DNA of 64,000 bases from Candidatus Levyibacteriota bacterium (GTDB lineage: Bacteria > Patescibacteriota > Microgenomatia > Levybacterales > UBA12049). Under the pieces are notes generated by a model, which saw nothing but the letters and a program-made list of their open reading frames with translations, did no database searches and was not told the origin of the DNA. The position numbers were made by a program, and so were the translations under genes. Below are positions 46,446 to 54,829 of this stretch, piece by piece. Every line of letters begins with the position of its first letter. Position 1 is the stretch's first letter. The stretch spans positions 677 through 64,676 of the forward strand of contig JACOXT010000005.1 of assembly GCA_016182235.1 (NCBI GenBank), given 5' to 3'.

Positions 46446-47405
46446 ATGGATAACCCACAAAAAATTAATGGTGACTTCAAAGGAAAAGATATTGTTTCTC
46501 TTGATCAATTCTCCAAAAAAGATATCTATATTCTCTTCTCTAATACATCCAAAATGAAGAATCTCGTCCAAAAAAAAGGAGGTTCAACTCTACTTAAGGG
46601 TAAAATTATGTGCGCCATATTTTATGAACCATCTTCAAGAACTTTTGGGTCTTTTATTACTTCTATGCAACGTTTGGGAGGAGGATTTATCCCTTTACAA
46701 GGAATGGGAAATTCTTCTGTTGCTAAAGGAGAAACTTTAGAAGACACTATGCAAACATTTTCCTCATATAGTGATGTCATTGTCATTCGTCATCCAGAAA
46801 GAGGAACGGCAAAAATCGCAGCAAATGCTACAGAAATTCCCGTTATTAATGCCGGTGACGGAATAGGCGAGCACCCAACGCAAGCACTTTTAGATCTTTA
46901 TACCATTCAAGAAGAATTTGGAAAACTTGATAACTTAACTGGCGTTTTCGCGGGTGACATGCTTCATGGACGAACAGTAAAATCACTTCTTCGCGGTCTT
47001 TCGCTTTTCAAGAATAACACCTGCTATTTATTGTCCCCAAAAGAATTAAAGCTTTCAAGGGAAGATTTTAACGATTTCCAAAGAAGAGGGATAAAAATTA
47101 TTGAAATTAAAAATTATAGCGATATCCCCAAAAATGCTCATTTTTGGTACTGGACAAGAATTCAAAAAGAACGATTTGAAAATTTCAAAGATTATGAAAA
47201 AGTAAAGAATATTTTTATATTAACAAAACGTCTATTAGACACTTATGGAAATTCCAAAATGATTCTTATGCACCCTTTGCCAAGAGTAAATGAAATAGAA
47301 AAAGAAATCGACAGTGATACGCGAGCGGTTTACCTAAAGCGTCAGATGAAAAACGGAATGTATTTAAGAATGGCGCTTTTGGCATTAGTCTTGGGAAAAA
47401 TATGA
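46446..47405 (+). CDS. pyrB: aspartate carbamoyltransferase catalytic subunit
   Basis: FYEPSSRTFGSF, HPTQALLDLYTI, LMHPLPRVNEI; track ORF begins at 46323 but the homologous region starts at MDNPQK (ATG 46446). Confidence 0.9.
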   Translation: MDNPQKINGDFKGKDIVSLDQFSKKDIYILFSNTSKMKNLVQKKGGSTLLKGKIMCAIFYEPSSRTFGSFITSMQRLGGGFIPLQGMGNSSVAKGETLEDTMQTFSSYSDVIVIRHPERGTAKIAANATEIPVINAGDGIGEHPTQALLDLYTIQEEFGKLDNLTGVFAGDMLHGRTVKSLLRGLSLFKNNTCYLLSPKELKLSREDFNDFQRRGIKIIEIKNYSDIPKNAHFWYWTRIQKERFENFKDYEKVKNIFILTKRLLDTYGNSKMILMHPLPRVNEIEKEIDSDTRAVYLKRQMKNGMYLRMALLALVLGKI

Positions 47406-48517
47406 TTGGAAAACTTATTCTGGAGGATGCTTCGGAATTTGAAGGCATAAGCTTAGGAGCTCCTCGCTCAATTTCTGGCGAGGTAGTTTTCTCAACAGGA
47501 ATGGTAGGATATCCAGAAAGTTTAACTGATCCTTCATACAAAGGACAAATTTTAATATTTACTTATCCTTTGATTGGAAATTACGGAATTCCCGACAAGA
47601 AGTATTGGGAGTCGGATAAAATCCAAGTCTCAGGATTTATCGTCTCAAATTATATTGATACTCCTTATCATCAAGAAATGACTTTGACTCTAAGAAAATG
47701 GGCAGTTAAAGAGAACGTACCTTTTCTTGAAATTACAGATACAAGATTATTAACTCAAAAAATAAGGACAAAAGGAACAATGCTCGGGAAAATAATCACT
47801 AAGGACAATATTAATTTTTATGATCCAAATAAAGAAAACCTTGTCGCCCAAGTTTCAACAAAAAAAGTTATTCAAAAAGGCAACGGTAAAAAAACGGTTA
47901 TTTTAATAGATTGTGGAGCAAAACAAAACATAGAAAGATCTTTGTTGAAAAGGGGAGTAAGAGTCATAACTGTTCCGTGGAATTTCGATCCATTCGACCC
48001 GAAGGTACACCTTCGAGGTGTGCCGCAGGCGCAACCCCACCTCGAAGGTGGCAGGCTGAAGCAAAGCGAAAGCCATGACTCCTTCGAGGTGAAATTCGAT
48101 GGGATTGTCGTCTCCAATGGTCCGGGTGACCCGAAAATGGCAACAAAAACAATCGAAACCATCCGAAAAGCTCTTGCCTCCAAAATCCCAGTTCTTGGAA
48201 TTTGCCTTGGACATCAATTACTTGCATTGGCGGGAGGAGGGGATACCCAAAAATTAAAATTTGGCCACAGAAGCCAAAATCAGCCTTGCGTATTGGAAAA
48301 AACAAAAAGGTGCTATATCACAACTCAAAACCATGGTTTTGAAGTTTCTAAAATTCCCAAGGGATTTCATAAATGGTTTACGAACGCAAATGATAATTCA
48401 AATGAGGGCATAATCCACCAAAAACTCCCATTTATGTCAGTGCAATTTCATCCTGAAGCCGCCCCCGGCCCCGAAGATACAGGATGGATATTCGACTATT
48501 TCCTGGAAAAAATATGA
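47402..48517 (+). CDS. carA: carbamoyl-phosphate synthase small (glutaminase) subunit
   Basis: GEVVFSTGMVGYPESLTDPSY, GICLGHQLLALA (catalytic Cys), FGHRSQNQP, QFHPEA; carries an in-frame GC-rich insertion. Confidence 0.92.
   Translation: MIGKLILEDASEFEGISLGAPRSISGEVVFSTGMVGYPESLTDPSYKGQILIFTYPLIGNYGIPDKKYWESDKIQVSGFIVSNYIDTPYHQEMTLTLRKWAVKENVPFLEITDTRLLTQKIRTKGTMLGKIITKDNINFYDPNKENLVAQVSTKKVIQKGNGKKTVILIDCGAKQNIERSLLKRGVRVITVPWNFDPFDPKVHLRGVPQAQPHLEGGRLKQSESHDSFEVKFDGIVVSNGPGDPKMATKTIETIRKALASKIPVLGICLGHQLLALAGGGDTQKLKFGHRSQNQPCVLEKTKRCYITTQNHGFEVSKIPKGFHKWFTNANDNSNEGIIHQKLPFMSVQFHPEAAPGPEDTGWIFDYFLEKI
48008..48051. repeat. 44-bp GC-rich hairpin element, in frame in carA (inverted relative to the folD copy)
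   Basis: caccttcgaggtgtgccgcaggcgcaaccccacctcgaaggtgg, 44/44 identical to the reverse complement of 45696-45739; extra arm copies at 47999-48007 and 48083-48093. Confidence 0.9.
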
Positions 48518-51500
48518 AAAAAATCAACAAAGTATTGATACTGGGTTCTGGAGCTCTAAAGATAGGAGAGGCGGGGGAATTTGATTACTCCGGCTCTCAA
48601 GCAATTAAAGCTCTTAAAGAAGAAGGAGTAAAAACAATTCTAGTCAATCCCAATATCGCAACTATCCAAACGTCGGATCTTTTGGCGGATAAGGTTTATT
48701 TTTTGCCTATATATAAATACTTTGCTGAAAAAGTCATAGAAAAAGAAAAGCCTGACGGAATATTGCTTTCCTTTGGTGGACAAACTGCGCTTAACTGCGG
48801 CATTGATTTGTACAAAAGTGGAGTTCTCGCCAAACACAATTTGCAAATACTTGGAACTTCAATTTCGGCAATCTTATTAACTGAAGACAGAGAAAAATTT
48901 GCAATGCATTTAAGAAAGATAAATATTCCAACTCCGAAAAGCATGGCGGCAAGAAATTTAAATGAAGCAATTAAATATGCAAAAGAAATTGGATTTCCAA
49001 CTATGGTAAGATCAGGGTTTGCTTTGGGAGGACAAGGAAGCGGAATAGCCCAAAACTTAAAAGAGCTGGAAGAAATCGTAAAACATGCGTTGTCTTTTTC
49101 TCCTCAAGTTCTTATCGAACAATATCTTCACCATTTCAAGGAAATCGAATACGAGGTTGTCAGAGATAAATATGACAATTGTATTACTGTTTGTAACATG
49201 GAAAATATGGATCCCCTGGGAATCCATACCGGAGAGTCTGTTGTTGTAGCACCAAGTCAAACATTAAACAACTTCGAATATCAAACATTAAGAAATATCT
49301 CTATAAAAATTGTCAGAAGTCTGGGAATTGTAGGCGAGTGTAATGTCCAGTTCGCGCTAAATCCTGAACCTACTCATAACACCCCTATTGACCTCTACGT
49401 CATCGAAGTAAACGCGCGTCTCTCAAGAAGCTCTGCTCTTGCTTCCAAAGCAACCGGTTATCCCTTGGCATATGTTGCTGCCAAATTATCGCTTGGGAAG
49501 AATTTAACCGAAATCAAAAATAAAATTACTGGAGTAACTCAGGCATGTTTTGAGCCGGCAATGGATTATGTTGTAGTTAAAATTCCTAGATGGGATATTG
49601 AGAAATTTAAAGGTGCTGACGAAAAGATTGGAAGCAGTATGAAAAGTGTTGGAGAGGTAATGGGTATCGGAAGAAGATTTGAAGAAGCATACCAAAAAGC
49701 AATTAGAATGCTTGACCTGGACTTCGATGGGGGAACATCTGATATTCTTTTAGGAAATGGTAAAACTATAAAAAATCTTCTTGAAGTCCCAACACCCAAA
49801 AGAATTTTTGCTATAGCACAAGCAATAAAAGAAAATATTTCAATATCTACAATTTATACTCTTACCGGAATAAATCCCTGGTATCTTGAGAGGATAAAAA
49901 ATATTGTTTTAGCTGAAAAAAATATACCAAAAAACATAAAAAATCTTACAAAGGACCAACTCCTGTATTTAAAAAAACTTGGCTTCTCAGATAAAAGAAT
50001 TGGACAATTCATGGGGCAGACTGGGCTCAAAATAAGAAGTTTAAGAAAAAAATATAAAATAACTCCTTCAATATTCCAAATAGATACACTTGCAGGAGAA
50101 TTTGAGGCCAAAACAAATTATTTGTATCTTACTTACAATGGAAATCATAATGACATAACTCCCGAAAAGGAAAAAGGCGTAATTGTTTTGGGGTCTGGAC
50201 CTTACAGAATTGGCTCTTCGGTAGAGTTCGATTGGACATGTGTAAATGTAGCAAACAATTTAAAAAAATATAAAAAGTCATCAATCATTATTAATTGTAA
50301 TCCGGAAACAGTATCAACCGATTATGATATCTCCGATAGGCTTTACTTCGAAGAGCTGACGTTTGAAAGAATTGCAGATATCTATGATTTTGAGAAGCCA
50401 TACGGCGTAGTAATTTCTGTAGGAGGACAAACTCCCAACAACAGAGCTTCTTCTCTCAAAGCGTATGGCGCCCGCATTCTTGGCACTGACCCTGCCAATA
50501 TTGATAAGGCTGAGAACAGAAGCAAATTTTCAAAACTTTTGGATAACCTTGCAATCTCACAACCCTCGTGGGAAAAAGTATCAAATATAATTGCCGCTAT
50601 TAAATTTTGCGATAGAGTAGGATATCCTGTCTTACTAAGACCTTCTTACGTACTCTCAGGCACACTAATGAGAATATGTCATAACAAAGAAGAATTAACT
50701 AGATTTATAGAAGAAGCGGCTCATATATCTAAAGAGTATCCCCTCACGATATCTAAATTTATTGAGAAAGCAAAAGAGATAGAGCTAGATGCTGTTTCCC
50801 AAAAAGGAGAACTTATTACATCAATAATAACAGAACACATAGAAAATGCAGGCGTTCATTCCGGAGACTCAAGCATTGTTCTTCCAACTCAAAGAGTGTA
50901 CTCCAAAACAGAAAGAAATATTGAGCGTATCGGCATAATGCTCGCAAAAGAGCTAAATATATCTGGGCCTTTCAATATCCAGTTTTTAGCAAAGGATAAT
51001 AGACTTCAAGTCATAGAAATAAATCTTCGTTCATCAAGAACATTTCCTTTCATTTCCAAGGTTACTAAAGTTAATTTCATAGGACTTGCGACAGACTCTT
51101 TTTTTGGAAAAGCAAGAAAACATGAGATTAAAATGCCAGATTTTACTGCTGTTAAAGTAGCACAATTTTCTTTCGCCAGAATAACTGGAGCAGATCCGAT
51201 GCCGGGAGTTGAGATGGCCTCTACCGGAGAGGTTGCCTGTTTTGGAGACGATGTCGAAGAAGCTTTTCTTAAAGCAGAGATTGCTGTAGGGGGTAAGATC
51301 CCTGAAAAAGGTATATTTATTTCACTGGGGGGAGAGAAGAATAAAATCAATTTCTTAGAGAGTGCGGAGCTTATTGCCAAATTAAATATTTCTATATATG
51401 CCACTGAAAAAACATCAAAATTTTTAAGTCAAAATGGAATTAAAACCGAAAAACTCTATAAACTGCATGAGAAAAAATCACCTAACATTCTTGAATATTT

Positions 51501-51708
51501 TCTGAAAAACAAAGTAGATCTTGCCATCAATATAGTGGATGCAAATCTTAGTAAAGACATCGACGATGATCTGGCCTTAAGAAGAGCAGCAATAGATCAC
51601 AATATACAGCTTTTTACAAATATTAAAAAAGCATCGCTTTTCGCAAGAGCGCTTTCTTCAAAAAATTTAGACAACCTCGCAATCAAATCCTGGGACGAAT
51701 ATACCTGA
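48514..51708 (+). CDS. carB: carbamoyl-phosphate synthase large subunit
   Basis: MKKINKVLILGSGALKIGEAGEFDYSGSQA, two ATP-grasp halves, C-terminal MGS-like domain; ATGA overlap with the carA stop at 48514-48517. Confidence 0.95.
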   Translation: MKKINKVLILGSGALKIGEAGEFDYSGSQAIKALKEEGVKTILVNPNIATIQTSDLLADKVYFLPIYKYFAEKVIEKEKPDGILLSFGGQTALNCGIDLYKSGVLAKHNLQILGTSISAILLTEDREKFAMHLRKINIPTPKSMAARNLNEAIKYAKEIGFPTMVRSGFALGGQGSGIAQNLKELEEIVKHALSFSPQVLIEQYLHHFKEIEYEVVRDKYDNCITVCNMENMDPLGIHTGESVVVAPSQTLNNFEYQTLRNISIKIVRSLGIVGECNVQFALNPEPTHNTPIDLYVIEVNARLSRSSALASKATGYPLAYVAAKLSLGKNLTEIKNKITGVTQACFEPAMDYVVVKIPRWDIEKFKGADEKIGSSMKSVGEVMGIGRRFEEAYQKAIRMLDLDFDGGTSDILLGNGKTIKNLLEVPTPKRIFAIAQAIKENISISTIYTLTGINPWYLERIKNIVLAEKNIPKNIKNLTKDQLLYLKKLGFSDKRIGQFMGQTGLKIRSLRKKYKITPSIFQIDTLAGEFEAKTNYLYLTYNGNHNDITPEKEKGVIVLGSGPYRIGSSVEFDWTCVNVANNLKKYKKSSIIINCNPETVSTDYDISDRLYFEELTFERIADIYDFEKPYGVVISVGGQTPNNRASSLKAYGARILGTDPANIDKAENRSKFSKLLDNLAISQPSWEKVSNIIAAIKFCDRVGYPVLLRPSYVLSGTLMRICHNKEELTRFIEEAAHISKEYPLTISKFIEKAKEIELDAVSQKGELITSIITEHIENAGVHSGDSSIVLPTQRVYSKTERNIERIGIMLAKELNISGPFNIQFLAKDNRLQVIEINLRSSRTFPFISKVTKVNFIGLATDSFFGKARKHEIKMPDFTAVKVAQFSFARITGADPMPGVEMASTGEVACFGDDVEEAFLKAEIAVGGKIPEKGIFISLGGEKNKINFLESAELIAKLNISIYATEKTSKFLSQNGIKTEKLYKLHEKKSPNILEYFLKNKVDLAINIVDANLSKDIDDDLALRRAAIDHNIQLFTNIKKASLFARALSSKNLDNLAIKSWDEYT

Positions 51709-51733
51709 GAATATTTTATAAATAAAATAAATT

Positions 51734-52816
51734 ATGTCTTTAATAACTTTGCTTGGTCTTATTGACCCCCATGTTCACCTAAGGGATCCAAGACAAACCC
51801 ATAAGGAAGATTTTTATACAGGCACTTGTGCTGCATTGGCCGGAGGCTTTACAACAATCCTTGATATGCCAAACAATAAAACTCCCATAACAACTTTCAG
51901 GGTCTTGAATGAGAAAATCAAAATTGCCAAAGAAAAAATAGTTTGCGATGTGGGATTTTATTTTGGCTCTCTCGGAGATAATCTAGATGAATTTGAGAAA
52001 GTTAAAAATAAAGTTTTAGGTCTTAAGTTATATCTCAACGAAACCACTGGAAATCTTTTAATAGATAAAATGGAATTAGAAAAAATATTTCTTGCCTGGT
52101 CTCAAAGTATGTCACTACATAGTAACATACTTTCGACCAAACCAATTCTTATACACGCGGAAGAAAAAATGCTAAATGTTGTTATTGATTTAGTTAAGAA
52201 ATTGGGAAACAAAATTCATGTCTGCCATATAAGCACTGTTTCTGATTTAACACAAATTATTAAAGCAAAAGAGGAAGGCTTACCAATTACTTGCGGCGTC
52301 ACTCCTCACCATTTATTTTTAACTGAAAACGATGTCAAAACTCTTGGTCCATTTGGCAAAATGAAACCAGGATTAAAAAGTAAAAAAGATCAGGATTTTT
52401 TGTGGAAAAATTTAAAATATATTGATGTAATAGAATCTGATCATGCTCCGCATACGGTCAATGAAAAGAGGGGAGAGGGGACAACCTACGGCGTTCCCGG
52501 GCTTGAGACTACGCTTCCGCTTTTATTAACTGCAGTTTCTGAGAAACGAATAGAGATTGATGATATTATGCGACTCTGCCACAAAAACACAGCCAAAATC
52601 TTTGGCATCAAATCTGACCCGCAAACAAAAATCGAGATTAATCTTCATACTTCATACTTCATACTTCATACTTCATTATTTACGAAATGCGGCTGGTCAC
52701 CATTTGAAGGTTGGAAAGTGAAAGGAAAAATAGAAAGAGTTTTTATAAGAGGAGAAAAAGTTTTTGAAGACGGTAAGGTCTTAGTAAAACCAGGATTTGG
52801 AAAAATTCTTATCTAG
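51734..52816 (+). CDS. pyrC: dihydroorotase
   Basis: DPHVHLRDP, TILDMPN, ESDHAPH; contains an in-frame heptanucleotide array. Confidence 0.88.
   Translation: MSLITLLGLIDPHVHLRDPRQTHKEDFYTGTCAALAGGFTTILDMPNNKTPITTFRVLNEKIKIAKEKIVCDVGFYFGSLGDNLDEFEKVKNKVLGLKLYLNETTGNLLIDKMELEKIFLAWSQSMSLHSNILSTKPILIHAEEKMLNVVIDLVKKLGNKIHVCHISTVSDLTQIIKAKEEGLPITCGVTPHHLFLTENDVKTLGPFGKMKPGLKSKKDQDFLWKNLKYIDVIESDHAPHTVNEKRGEGTTYGVPGLETTLPLLLTAVSEKRIEIDDIMRLCHKNTAKIFGIKSDPQTKIEINLHTSYFILHTSLFTKCGWSPFEGWKVKGKIERVFIRGEKVFEDGKVLVKPGFGKILI
52643..52677. repeat. heptanucleotide tandem repeat cttcata x4 + cttcatt, in frame inside pyrC
   Basis: units start at 52643, 52650, 52657, 52664, 52671; translated ..LHTSYFILHTSLF.. 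Confidence 0.85.
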
Positions 52817-52825
52817 CTTAAATCT

Positions 52826-53419
52826 CTAGAACTCCATATTTGACGCGAATCCAGAGTAGACGGCATAGGCTTTTCTACAAAAATCTTGTGCTATTTTCTC
52901 AGTTACATACTCCGAACGGCTATTCCTGACTTCTCCCTCTGGAAACACAGGATTAGATTTCCCAGTCACGTAAGAGTTAAACATAATGTCTTTTGGTACT
53001 GGAACGGTAAAAGAAATTGTTAAATATGGTCTGGGCTCACTCGATCCCCCGGTCGGTTCTTCATATGAGAGCGATTCGTAATTTGTCTCAGTTGTTCGTT
53101 CTACATTACCTAAATTTCTAGGTTTACTTCTACTACTTCTAATAGTGATCAAAGATCTGCCGTTTTTTAAATAATCAAATTTTATATTTCTTCCTGCAAC
53201 TTCGTCCTTCAATATGAATGCATTTTGCATATTTGATGTCCTTAAGAGGCTTTGCATATTATGGGTAAATCTACCGAAATCTTCAATCCCAAAGCCTACT
53301 TTATTTACAATTTCTTCACATTCGCTTTCTAGTTTTAGTCTTATCTCCTCTGGAGTAAAAGATCGTTCAACATGAGATCTCTGCTTGAACAAACCCGTAA
53401 ATCTTTCAGCTAATCTCAT
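52826..53419 (-). CDS. hypothetical protein (197 aa)
   Basis: ORF only; no motif recognised. Confidence 0.5.
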   Translation of the reverse strand: MRLAERFTGLFKQRSHVERSFTPEEIRLKLESECEEIVNKVGFGIEDFGRFTHNMQSLLRTSNMQNAFILKDEVAGRNIKFDYLKNGRSLITIRSSRSKPRNLGNVERTTETNYESLSYEEPTGGSSEPRPYLTISFTVPVPKDIMFNSYVTGKSNPVFPEGEVRNSRSEYVTEKIAQDFCRKAYAVYSGFASNMEF

Positions 53420-53465
53420 AGCCGTAATCTAACACACAGCCAATTCCTTGTCAAATATTGAATTT

Positions 53466-53812
53466 TTATAATTTATGCTGTGGTTTTGAAAAAGCAATTT
53501 TAGCAAAACGCACAGTCATCTCGGTTAAACCTAATACTCTTAATTCCTCTTCATTGGCATTCCTGATCTGTCCTATAAAACACCCAGCTCTTGCCAGTTT
53601 TCCTATGGAAATATTATAGGCACTCTTGACCTGCCTGGGTAACAACTCATATCCCCTCCAACCCTTATTAACAAGATATTCTTGGCTACTTCTTTAACTA
53701 AATTATTAAACTCCTGACCTTGTTTTGGATTTACCCCAGAAAGACATTCTACTATCTGCCTTCTAATATCCCTAATATCATGGATTTTCTCAGTTGCACG
53801 CTGTTCTATCAT
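53466..53812 (-). pseudogene. possible frameshifted small gene next to the recombinase
   Basis: track ORF 53603-53812 (69 aa) overlaps a second open frame 53466-53693 (..QEYLVNKGWRGYELLPRQVKSAYNISIGKLARAGCFIGQIRNANEEELRVLGLTEMTV..); together about 115-130 aa; family not recognised. Confidence 0.3.
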
Positions 53813-53827
53813 AACAAAACGATAATT

Positions 53828-54760
53828 CTATTTATTTCCACTATGAAATGATTTGTGAACTTCCTGCAATTTTATATTAGTTACATGAGTATAAATTTGG
53901 GTTGTGGAAATATTTTTGTGTCCGAGCATTTCCTGCACGCTCCTTAAATCGGCACCGTTACTTAAAAGATCAGTAGCGAACGAATGCCGAAGCGTATGAA
54001 CTGTTGCGTCAACGGGAAGTCTTGCCAGCCTAACATACTTTTTAACAATTCTCTCAACACTTCTTGCGGTTAACCTCATTCTTTCCCCATTATCTTGCTC
54101 ATCAACTCTTCCTGAATATCGAATAAAAAGCGGGGCAAAACGATCTTTTCTTTTCTCAAGATATCGTTTTATCCACCCAACAGCTCTCTCTGAGACAAAA
54201 ACAACACGCGCCCTCCCTCCTTTCCCAATAACTCCAAATTCTTTTCTTTCTAAATTTACCTGGGTTATATTTAGCTTCACAAGCTCGGACACTCTTAGTC
54301 CTGTTGAAAACAACAGCTCAAGAATTGCCCGATCCCTAAGTCCTTCCTCTTTTGAAGTATCAGCATAGGATGCTAACCGATCAATTTGATTTTTATCCAA
54401 AAACTTCAAAGATCTGCTTTCTGTTTTTGGCAAGTCTATCTTCGAAGGCTCAAGCGTCTGGAAGTCGTTTTTTATAAGAAATCTTAAAAAAGACCGAAGA
54501 GCGATAACATAATAGTTTTGTGTTACTCGTTTTAGTGTCAGGCCCCTCTTATCTTCCTTATTCGCCAAATATACTCTGTATTTCCTAATAGTCTGTAAAT
54601 CCAACTCATTAATTTTTTTAGAAGGAAGGGAAGTCGTAAGCCAGCTGTTAAAAACCTCTAAATAGTGTCTATAATCGCGGATAGTAAGCTTGGAACAATT
54701 CTTCTCAATTTCCAAATATTCTAAGAATTGGTCAATAAGCTGCGATAGGGAATTATTCAT
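53828..54760 (-). CDS. tyrosine site-specific recombinase (XerC/XerD-like)
   Basis: N-terminal SAM-like domain (FLEYLEIEKNCSKLTIRDY), catalytic R..HTLRHSFAT..LGHKNISTTQIYTHV. Confidence 0.88.
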   Translation of the reverse strand: MNNSLSQLIDQFLEYLEIEKNCSKLTIRDYRHYLEVFNSWLTTSLPSKKINELDLQTIRKYRVYLANKEDKRGLTLKRVTQNYYVIALRSFLRFLIKNDFQTLEPSKIDLPKTESRSLKFLDKNQIDRLASYADTSKEEGLRDRAILELLFSTGLRVSELVKLNITQVNLERKEFGVIGKGGRARVVFVSERAVGWIKRYLEKRKDRFAPLFIRYSGRVDEQDNGERMRLTARSVERIVKKYVRLARLPVDATVHTLRHSFATDLLSNGADLRSVQEMLGHKNISTTQIYTHVTNIKLQEVHKSFHSGNK

Positions 54761-54766
54761 ACTAAA

Positions 54767-54775
54767 AATATATCA
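54767..54775 (-). promoter_or_regulatory. extended -10 (TGaTATATT) 6 nt before the recombinase ATG
   Basis: minus strand reads ctgatatatttttagtATG. Confidence 0.45.
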
Positions 54776-54793
54776 GATTTTCTCAATTTTTGC

Positions 54794-54822
54794 TTGACAG
54801 ATATATCCTTTTAACTCATACT
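54794..54822 (+). promoter_or_regulatory. sigma70-type promoter TTGACA-17-CATACT, 7 nt before the GH18 ATG
   Basis: ttgaca 54794-54799, catact 54817-54822, ATG 54830. Confidence 0.55.
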
Positions 54823-54829
54823 AAATGCA

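Noticed and set aside
46091-46480. Minus-strand ORFs 46091-46285 and 46295-46480 in the folD-pyrB spacer, and the long N-terminal extension of the pyrB track ORF (46323-46445)
   Set aside because: One overlaps the folD 3' end and the other overlaps the pyrB promoter and leader. No motifs or start signals are present, and PyrB homology begins at ATG 46446.
47872-48305. Three overlapping minus-strand ORFs inside carA (and 45542-45727 inside folD)
   Set aside because: They exist only because the palindromic GC-rich element is stop-free in the antisense frames. Each overlaps a well-supported gene.
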